A stretch of DNA of 64,000 bases, from NCBI GenBank assembly GCA_902464595.1, contig CABQJX010000002.1, positions 4,430 through 68,429 on the forward strand, in the 5' to 3' direction. Source of the stretch: an uncultured Lachnoclostridium sp. (GTDB lineage: Bacteria > Bacillota > Clostridia > Lachnospirales > Lachnospiraceae). The position numbers were made by a program, and so were the translations under genes. Within the stretch, counting starts at the first letter, position 1. The number at the start of each line of letters is the position of its first letter. Below are positions 56,919 to 64,000 of the stretch, in pieces. The notes under the pieces were generated by a model. The model saw only the letters and a program-made list of their open reading frames with translations, was not told where the DNA came from and did no database searches.

Positions 56919-58011
56919 AGATCTCCTCCGCCTTCTCCATAGCTGAGGCGATCACCTTATCCATATCATAGTATTTATACTCGCCCAGACGGCCTCCAAA
57001 GATCACCCGATCCTGTTCCTTAGCGAGGGCCTCATACTTCTGGTACAGCTCCTGATTTTTGCTGTCGTTGACCGGATAATAAGGTTCCATCCCCTCCTGC
57101 CAATCCACCGGGTATTCCCTGGTAATTACCGTTTTGGGCTGAGTGCCAAACTCAAAATGTTTATGCTCAATGATACGGGTGTAAGGCGTTTCCCGATCCG
57201 TATAGTTGACCACCGCTACACCCTGATGGTTCTCCTCCTCCAAGGTCTCTGTCTCAAAACGGAGGCTCCTGTATTCCAGCTTTCCAAACTGATAGTCAAA
57301 AAAAGCATCGATGGGGCCAGTGTAAACCACCCGATCCCCCATACTGTCATAGTGTTCCCGGTTCTTTAAATAATCCTTTCCCAGCTCAATATCGCACCCT
57401 TCAAAAAGCTTTTCTACGATCACATTGTAGCCTCCTATGGGGATCCCCTGGTATGGATCATTAAAATAATTGTTGTCATACGTATAGCGCACTGGAAGAC
57501 GCTTGATGATAAAGGCCGGAAGGTCTTTGCAGTCCCTTCCCCACTGTTTTTCCGTGTATCCCTTAATGAGAGTCTCATAAAGCTCCCTGCCTACCAGATG
57601 GATGGCCTGTTCCTCCAGGTTCTGCGGTTCCCCCTGGATCTCTCCCCTCTGCTTTTCAATGATCGCCTTCGCCTGAGCCGGTGTGGAAACGCCCCACATG
57701 CGGCTGAAGGTGTTCATGTTAAAAGGCATGTTATACATCTTTCCTTTAAAATTAGCCACTGGGCTGTTGGTATAGCGGTTAAATTCCGCCAGAGAATTGA
57801 CAAACTCCCACACCTTTTTATTTCCTGTGTGGAAGATGTGGGCCCCGTAGCGGTGGACGTGGATCCCCTCAATGTCCTCACAGTACACATTTCCCCCAAT
57901 ATGATCCCGCTTCTCCACCACCAGACAGCTTTTTCCATTCTTTCCTGCATACCAGGCAAACACACCTGCGTACAGGCCGCTGCCTACCAATATATAATCA
58001 TAATGCTTCAT
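56911..58011 (-). CDS. glf: UDP-galactopyranose mutase
   Basis: VGSGLYAG, HIGGN, YGAHIFHT, YTEKQWG, EPYYP and GRLGEYKYYDMD. Confidence 0.96.
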   Translation of the reverse strand: MKHYDYILVGSGLYAGVFAWYAGKNGKSCLVVEKRDHIGGNVYCEDIEGIHVHRYGAHIFHTGNKKVWEFVNSLAEFNRYTNSPVANFKGKMYNMPFNMNTFSRMWGVSTPAQAKAIIEKQRGEIQGEPQNLEEQAIHLVGRELYETLIKGYTEKQWGRDCKDLPAFIIKRLPVRYTYDNNYFNDPYQGIPIGGYNVIVEKLFEGCDIELGKDYLKNREHYDSMGDRVVYTGPIDAFFDYQFGKLEYRSLRFETETLEEENHQGVAVVNYTDRETPYTRIIEHKHFEFGTQPKTVITREYPVDWQEGMEPYYPVNDSKNQELYQKYEALAKEQDRVIFGGRLGEYKYYDMDKVIASAMEKAEEIFG

Positions 58012-58100
58012 ACCGGCTGCTCCTTCCCCAGGATTTCTCCCAGATCCTTTTTCTCTTTCCCAATTGTACTATGTTTCGCAAAAAATGTAAATGGAGGCCT

Positions 58101-58934
58101 CTACTCTAACGGGATCCCGAAAACCCATAGGCGAAGGGCAAAAAGTGCCAGCAGATGAAGGGGGTAAAACCAATAGAAGCCATACCTTCCCCGCCTTCTT
58201 CCTTTCTCCCCGTTATAGAGAAAGAGGAAAAAGGCCGTGCCGCATCCCGCTGCCACAGCCCCTGCCGCCGAAAACCATTCCCAGCAGGTGAAAAAGATCA
58301 GAAGCCCGCTTAACAAAGCCTGTTCTTTTTTTCTTCCTCTCAAAAGATAGATTAAGGAGATAAGACAGATCCCATCTATGCTGTAATCTGCCTGCAAAAC
58401 CATACTGGCCGCAGCCCCTCCTGCGATCCAGCCTGCGGTCCCATAAAAGCGGGCCGAAGATTCCAGGCGGCTGCATTTCTCAATCCCCCACAACACAAAA
58501 AGCCCCAGAGCCAGTTCTATATAGACATTGTGAGTTTCCCCAAACCAGGTATTCCATACCGCCAGGCTATAAGGGATCTCTGATACCAGAGCAAAAATCA
58601 CCATGGCCAGGCCATACCGCCTCCGGTTACGGGTATGGCAGAACCCTTCCACAAGCAAAAGGCAGTAAACCGGAAATGCGATCCGCCCCACGAGCCGGAA
58701 AAAATAGTCCAGCCTGTAAAGATGTTCGCCTATCCCGGAAGCTAAAAGAATATTCCCCGCCTCCCTCAGAGGGCCTCTATAGATCAGCAGCCGTTCCAGG
58801 ATCACAGCCCCTATATGGTCAATGGTCATGGAAACGAGCGCTATATATTTTAAGGCAGCTCCCGTCAGGCCAAATTTTCTTTCTGTAACTCCTATATGAA
58901 AAACTTTTCTTCTATCTCGTCCAATATCTTTCAC
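58101..58934 (-). CDS. TraX family membrane protein (putative acyltransferase)
   Basis: LKYIALVSMTIDH, GRIAFP, EGFCHT, SEIP, YNGEKG and FYWFYPLHL. Confidence 0.85.
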   Translation of the reverse strand: MKDIGRDRRKVFHIGVTERKFGLTGAALKYIALVSMTIDHIGAVILERLLIYRGPLREAGNILLASGIGEHLYRLDYFFRLVGRIAFPVYCLLLVEGFCHTRNRRRYGLAMVIFALVSEIPYSLAVWNTWFGETHNVYIELALGLFVLWGIEKCSRLESSARFYGTAGWIAGGAAASMVLQADYSIDGICLISLIYLLRGRKKEQALLSGLLIFFTCWEWFSAAGAVAAGCGTAFFLFLYNGEKGRRRGRYGFYWFYPLHLLALFALRLWVFGIPLE

Positions 58935-59090
58935 TTTCTTCTATTTTCTCCTTTTATCTGCATATTTTGCCTATGTAGCTGAAATGTTATCTTATCATTA
59001 AATCAGCCTGTCATCCATAAAAAATAAGAAGACCTTTTTTCTTCTGAATATGCTAAACTATAATTACTACAAAAGCAAGGAGGAGCCCCT

Positions 59091-60053
59091 ATGAGAAGAC
59101 AAGACAGAGAAATCAAAGATTTTCAAAGAATGACCGACATTGCCGCTTCCTGCGACTGCTGCCGCCTGGGCCTTATGGATTCCCAGGGAGCTTATATACT
59201 CCCAATGAACTTTGGATATGAAGAAAAGGATGGGGTACTGATGCTCTATTTCCATGGAGCTTGTGAAGGAAAAAAAATAGGACTGATCCGGGAACAAGGT
59301 GTGGCCTCCTTTGAGATGGACGCCTCCCATCAGCTTATAAAGGGAGATTCCCCCTGCGCCTTCTCCTACGCTTACCAAAGCATTATGGGGCGCGGAAGGA
59401 TCTCTGTATTGGAGGAAGCCTCTGAAAAGAAGCATGGGCTGTCACGGATCATGGAGCACTATGCTCCCGGGAAAAAATGGGTTTTTCCTGAAGCTATGAC
59501 TGAGAGAACCGCAGTGTTCCGCCTGGAGGTCACAGAATGGTCCTGCAAGGAACATAAAATGCCTCAGACTTCCCCAACGGAATCCTGCCTGATCTACCGC
59601 CACCTGACAGACAGGGAAAAAGAAGACATCTGCGGCTGGAGGTATCCCGGCGAATATGCAGTCTACAACCTCCCGTCCTGCCAGATGATGCGGGAACAGA
59701 ATCAGGGATTTTTTAACCCTGAAAGAGAAAAGGAATACTATGGATTTTTTGAAGCTGGAAGACTGGTTGGATTCGTCAGCCTTCACCAGAAGCAGGAGGA
59801 GCTTCTCTTAGGTGTAGGCGTCCATCCTGCCCTCTGCGGCCAGCATTACGGACAGAGGATCACTCAAACCGTATGCCGGATCTGCCGGGAAACCTTGCCG
59901 GATCTCCCACTGCGCCTTCTGGTGCGCACCTGGAATACACGCGCCCTGCGCTGTTATGAGAAATCCGGCTTCTGTATCATAAGCGGCCCCTTTGAGTGCG
60001 CTATCCACTCAGGGACGGATACATTTTATAAAATGGAATACTCCGGTTCTTAA
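59091..60053 (+). CDS. Pyridoxamine-5'-phosphate oxidase-like (NimA family) domain fused to a GNAT domain
   Basis: N-terminal half: MRRQDREI, YILPMNFGY, YFHGA.EGKK and YQSIMGRG. C-terminal half: WRYPGEYAVYN, CGQHYG and WNTRALRCYEKSGF. Confidence 0.8.
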   Translation: MRRQDREIKDFQRMTDIAASCDCCRLGLMDSQGAYILPMNFGYEEKDGVLMLYFHGACEGKKIGLIREQGVASFEMDASHQLIKGDSPCAFSYAYQSIMGRGRISVLEEASEKKHGLSRIMEHYAPGKKWVFPEAMTERTAVFRLEVTEWSCKEHKMPQTSPTESCLIYRHLTDREKEDICGWRYPGEYAVYNLPSCQMMREQNQGFFNPEREKEYYGFFEAGRLVGFVSLHQKQEELLLGVGVHPALCGQHYGQRITQTVCRICRETLPDLPLRLLVRTWNTRALRCYEKSGFCIISGPFECAIHSGTDTFYKMEYSGS

Positions 60054-60062
60054 GAAAGACCC

Positions 60063-61730
60063 TTAGTAGAACAGACGGTTTATGGCGCTGAAAATACCGC
60101 GGATGGAGGAGCGGGTAATATTGGAGCTGATCCCCACGCCGTAGGTTGCTTTTCCGCTGACCTGATCCACCAGGTGGATATAGGAGGCAGCCTGGGCTCC
60201 GGAACCGGAAGCCAATGCGTGCTCTGTGTAATCCAGCACCTTGATCTGGATCCCCAGTGCGTCCTCCAGTCCCCTCTGAACTGCATCGATAGGGCCGTTT
60301 CCGACGCCCTCGAAGGACTTCTCCACACCGTGATCTGTATACACCACCTTGGCCAGGGTTGCAAACTCGCCGTCTCCCGTCTCCGTATCAGTGATACGGC
60401 AGCGTCTAAAGTGCAGAGGCTCCTTGCGGTCCAGATAATTCTTTGTAAATTCATCCATGATCTGCTCAGGAGATACCTCGCCCTGCTGCTCGGAGATCTT
60501 CTGGATAACATCTGCAAATTCCTTGTGCATTCCCTTAGGCAGGCGGAAGCCATAGAAGGTGTCCATGACAAAGGCTACGCCGCCTTTTCCAGACTGGCTG
60601 TTGATGCGCACGATGGGCTCGTATTCCCTTCCAATATCGCTTGGGTCGATGGGAAGATAGGGAACCTCCCAGTACTGCCCATTTCTCTCCTTTAAGGCAT
60701 GTATTCCCTTGTTGATGGCGTCCTGATGGGAGCCTGAGAAAGCGGTGAACACCAGCTTGCCTGCATAGGGATGTCTGGGCGGAATGGACATCTTTGTGCA
60801 TCGCTCATAAACCTCTGCGATCTCCCGCACATTTTCGATATTAAGCTGAGGATCGATCCCCTGGGAAAACATATTGTAGGCAACCGTTAAAATATCCACA
60901 TTGCCGGTCCGCTCACCATTTCCAAAGAGGGTTCCCTCTACCCGATCCGCTCCTGCCAACAGGGCAAGCTCCGTGGAGGCTACGCCCTCTCCCCTGTCAT
61001 TGTGGGGATGAATGCTCAAAATAATGCTGTCTCTGTCCTTAAAGTGGGTATGCATCCACTCAATTTGGTCTGCATATACATTGGGAGTGGTCATTTCCAC
61101 CGTAGAAGGCAGGTTGATGATAATGGGGTTTTCTTTCGTTGCTCCCCATGTTTCCTGCACTGCTGTACAGATGTCCAGGGCAAAATCCAGCTCTGTACCT
61201 GTAAAGCTTTCCGGCGAATACTCAAGGCGTACTTTGGTGGAGCTGTCCGCCATATACCGCTGAACCAGCTTTGTCCCCACTACAGCAATATCCTTGATCT
61301 CCTCCCTGTCCTTGTGGAATACCACATCCCGCTGAAGGGTAGAGGTGGAATTATAAATATGTACGATTGCCTTCTTTACTCCTTCAAGGGCCTCAAAGGT
61401 TCTCTTGATCAAATGCTCCCGGCACTGCACCAGTACCTGGACTTCTACGTCGTCAGGGATCAGTTTCCGTTCAACCAGGGTGCGCAGGAAATCGTACTCA
61501 ATCTGAGAGGCCGCTGGAAATCCCACTTCGATCTCCTTAAAACCCAGCTTCACCAGAAGATTGAACATTTCCACCTTTTCCTCCACTACCATAGGCTCAA
61601 CCAGGGCCTGGTTTCCATCCCTTAGGTCTACACTGACCCAAACAGGCGCCTTCTGGATCTCCTTCTGAGGCCAGGTGCGCTCGGGGAAATCCACTACGGG
61701 AACCCTTTTGTATCTCTGATAGTTTAACAT
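60063..61730 (-). CDS. leuA: 2-isopropylmalate synthase
   Basis: SVDLRDGNQAL, YSPESF, HPHNDRG, GNGERTGN, SGSHQDAI and GNGPI; GGAGG 8 nt before ATG 61730. Confidence 0.96.
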   Translation of the reverse strand: MLNYQRYKRVPVVDFPERTWPQKEIQKAPVWVSVDLRDGNQALVEPMVVEEKVEMFNLLVKLGFKEIEVGFPAASQIEYDFLRTLVERKLIPDDVEVQVLVQCREHLIKRTFEALEGVKKAIVHIYNSTSTLQRDVVFHKDREEIKDIAVVGTKLVQRYMADSSTKVRLEYSPESFTGTELDFALDICTAVQETWGATKENPIIINLPSTVEMTTPNVYADQIEWMHTHFKDRDSIILSIHPHNDRGEGVASTELALLAGADRVEGTLFGNGERTGNVDILTVAYNMFSQGIDPQLNIENVREIAEVYERCTKMSIPPRHPYAGKLVFTAFSGSHQDAINKGIHALKERNGQYWEVPYLPIDPSDIGREYEPIVRINSQSGKGGVAFVMDTFYGFRLPKGMHKEFADVIQKISEQQGEVSPEQIMDEFTKNYLDRKEPLHFRRCRITDTETGDGEFATLAKVVYTDHGVEKSFEGVGNGPIDAVQRGLEDALGIQIKVLDYTEHALASGSGAQAASYIHLVDQVSGKATYGVGISSNITRSSIRGIFSAINRLFY

Positions 61731-61769
61731 AGACATTTCCTCCATTCCGCCCTGCAATTTTTCATATAC

Positions 61770-61797
61770 AAAATCCCGGAGCTGTTCGCTCCGGGAT
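61770..61797 (-). terminator. Terminator-like hairpin in the leuA leader
   Basis: ATCCCGGAGC-GAACA-GCTCCGGGAT-TTT on the minus strand. Confidence 0.7.
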
Positions 61798-61824
61798 CAC
61801 TTTATTCCGTCAAAGCGTTATTTA

Positions 61825-61853
61825 ATTATAACATACTTGAAAATAACTGACAA
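61825..61853 (-). promoter_or_regulatory. sigmaA promoter upstream of leuA
   Basis: TTGTCA-N17-TATAAT with a TG extension. Confidence 0.8.
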
Positions 61854-61952
61854 TACGAAGGACTTTCTGAGGCTATTCTGAATTGTTATGGTTTTCATTC
61901 CCCTGTCTTATAAAGGAGATTGCCTGATTTCCTTCCCGGTTATAAATCCGGA

Positions 61953-63305
61953 CTAGAGGCAGTGTCCCTTTTCTCTCATCACAGCGATAACCTGATCCAC
62001 ATACCTTTCGCATGTATCCATATCCGGCGCCTCCACCATGACGCGGACCACCGGCTCTGTCCCTGACTGGCGCAGCAGGATCCTTCCATCCTCTCCCAGC
62101 GCCTCTGAAACAGCTGCCACCTCTGCCTGGACTGTCTCATCATCCTGAGCTGCCTTTTTATCCTTTACACGGACATTTTTTAATACCTGTGGATAAATCT
62201 CCACCTCGTCTGCCAGCTTATCCAAGGGCTGCTTCCGTTCCAGAACTACCTCCATCAGCTTTAAGGATGTAAGGATGCCATCCCCAGTGGTGGCATGTTT
62301 GCTGAATATGATATGGCCGGACTGCTCACCGCCCAGGCAGTGTCCCGTGGCAGCCATATTTTCATATACATATTTGTCCCCTACCGCTGTCTTTACGTAG
62401 GAAATCCCTTCCCGGTCAAAGGCCTTATAGAGACCGAAATTAGACATAATGGTAGTCACCACCGTATTGTTTACCAGACTTCCCTGCTCCTTCATATACG
62501 TCCCGCAGATGTACAGGATGCGGTCACCGTCCACCACACGTCCCTTACCGTCCACAGCGATGCAGCGGTCTGCATCCCCGTCATAGGCAAATCCCAGGTC
62601 ACATCCCTCGTCCACCACAAATTTCTGTAAATGCTCGATGTGGGTGGAGCCGCAGTCCGTATTGATATTCAGTCCATTTGGCTGATTATTCATTACATGG
62701 GTCTCTGCTCCCAGGGCATCAAACACATTCTTTGCAATGGCAGAAGCGCTTCCGTTGGCACAGTCCAAGGCCACCTTTACGTTCTTAAAGGAACGGGTTG
62801 CAATGGAGATCAGATAACCGATATAGCGGTTCCTTCCTGCTGCAAAATCCACAGTCCGGCCAATATCAGCTCCCTTTGCCAGAGGGATTTCCCCTATCTC
62901 ACCGTCCAGATATGCTTCAATCTCCTGGATCACGGCTTCCTCCAGCTTCTCTCCTCTCTCGTTGATGACCTTGATCCCATTGTCATAAAATGGATTATGG
63001 CTGGCAGAGATCATGATCCCGCAGCAAAATCCCTCTGTCCTCACCACATAGGACACGCTGGGGGTCGTGGTCACATGGAGAAGAAATACATCTGCTCCTG
63101 AGGCGGTCAGACCTGATACCAGAGCGTACTCGAACATATAGCTGCTCCTTCTGGTATCCTTCCCGATCACAACCTGGCATCTCTCGCCCGGATTCTTCTT
63201 TCCGTAATACCAGCCGAGAAAACGGCCTACTTGATAGGCGTGCTCCACGGTCAGATCCACATTCGCTTCGCCCCGGAAGCCATCTGTACCAAAATATTTT
63301 CCCAT
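61953..63305 (-). CDS. glmM: Phosphoglucosamine mutase
   Basis: YFGTDGFRG, ISASHNP, DGDADR, GGEQSGH and RQSGTEP. Confidence 0.96.
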   Translation of the reverse strand: MGKYFGTDGFRGEANVDLTVEHAYQVGRFLGWYYGKKNPGERCQVVIGKDTRRSSYMFEYALVSGLTASGADVFLLHVTTTPSVSYVVRTEGFCCGIMISASHNPFYDNGIKVINERGEKLEEAVIQEIEAYLDGEIGEIPLAKGADIGRTVDFAAGRNRYIGYLISIATRSFKNVKVALDCANGSASAIAKNVFDALGAETHVMNNQPNGLNINTDCGSTHIEHLQKFVVDEGCDLGFAYDGDADRCIAVDGKGRVVDGDRILYICGTYMKEQGSLVNNTVVTTIMSNFGLYKAFDREGISYVKTAVGDKYVYENMAATGHCLGGEQSGHIIFSKHATTGDGILTSLKLMEVVLERKQPLDKLADEVEIYPQVLKNVRVKDKKAAQDDETVQAEVAAVSEALGEDGRILLRQSGTEPVVRVMVEAPDMDTCERYVDQVIAVMREKGHCL

Positions 63306-63423
63306 TGTTTGATTCCTCCATCTCAGTCAATTGTAACCGTTTCCCCGCCTGCAGTCTGCCCAGCCAGTCCCCACTTCCTATGACCCTGTATTCTTATTCT
63401 CTCTTACTCCTGCTTCTTCCCGC

Positions 63424-64000
63424 TTATTTTCCCTGAGCTTCCTGTTTTTCCAATTCCTTCAGATAGCGTCCCAGGGCATCCTGCCAGGAGGGCAGACGCT
63501 CAAAGCCCTGCTGCGTCAGCTTTTCCTTGCTCATACGGCTGTTGGAAGGGCGCTTTGCCTTTGCAGGAAAACCAGATGAATCCACCGGTGTTACCTTCAC
63601 CTCATCCATACCAGCCTGACGGAAAATCTCGCAGGCAAACTCATACCAGCTGCAGATCCCCTCATTGGTGGCATGGTAGCGGCCATATTTCTCTGTCTGG
63701 ATCATATCCACCAGCAAGCGGGCCAGGTCATAGGTATAGGTAGGTGAGCCGATCTGATCGTCCACAACGCTGACCGCTCCCCGCTCCTTTCCCAAGCGCA
63801 GCATAGTCTTAATAAAATTCTTTCCGTTAAGGCCAAACACCCAGGCAATGCGCACCGTGAAATATTTTTCAACATTCTGCTCCACAGCGATCTCACCCTC
63901 ATATTTTGTCAGGCCATAAACATTTAATGGCTCCCTGTGGTCGTCCGGCTCCCACGGCCTCTCTCCCTGGCCGTTAAACACGTAGTCGGTGCTGATATAC
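63424..64000 (-). CDS. rmlD: dTDP-4-dehydrorhamnose reductase, 5' end outside the window
   Basis: The frame reads YISTDYVFNG at the window edge, then PLNVYGLTK, VVDDQIGSPT and AKRP. Confidence 0.93.
   Translation of the reverse strand, partial: YISTDYVFNGQGERPWEPDDHREPLNVYGLTKYEGEIAVEQNVEKYFTVRIAWVFGLNGKNFIKTMLRLGKERGAVSVVDDQIGSPTYTYDLARLLVDMIQTEKYGRYHATNEGICSWYEFACEIFRQAGMDEVKVTPVDSSGFPAKAKRPSNSRMSKEKLTQQGFERLPSWQDALGRYLKELEKQEAQGK

Noticed and set aside
58101..58934. traX as evidence of a conjugative element
   Set aside because: No relaxase, T4SS or integrase gene is recognisable in the window.

Overview
Chromosomal segment that looks like a Lachnospiraceae/Clostridiales (monoderm Firmicute) genome. 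This is inferred from GGAGG ribosome-binding sites, sigmaA promoters, ChW and cell-wall-binding repeats, and gene content. The first ~14 kb holds mixed genes: a Cache-GGDEF-EAL protein, an Ala/Gly symporter, a Zn-PLC-family protein, a secreted MBL hydrolase, a lipoprotein, a BCCT transporter, an atypical HPr, TetR plus two TolC-like proteins, and a frameshifted nitrite/sulfite reductase. From ~14 to 64 kb lies a very large, mostly minus-strand surface-glycan locus. It encodes CDP-dideoxyhexose (rfbFGH), GDP-heptose (gmhA, gmhB, hddA, hddC), dTDP-rhamnose (rmlC, rmlD), UDP-Galf (glf) and amino-sugar enzymes. It also encodes a Wzm/Wzt exporter, two Wzx-like flippases, four GT-C-like membrane proteins, a GacIJKL-like module, LicD, and a 1300-aa methyltransferase-kinase-coiled coil-GT2-GT4 protein. 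Plus-strand inserts interrupt the locus: a redox/oxyanion island, an L,D-transpeptidase and a NimA-GNAT fusion. leuA and glmM lie near the right end. Notable non-coding structure includes a 105-bp palindrome-rich tandem repeat, a dispersed ATGGCTGAAnTGTTAC motif near insert borders, and many 12/24-bp tandem expansions at gene termini. No rRNA, tRNA, CRISPR array, transposase or integrase was recognised. All family calls come from motif recognition by eye, not from database searches.
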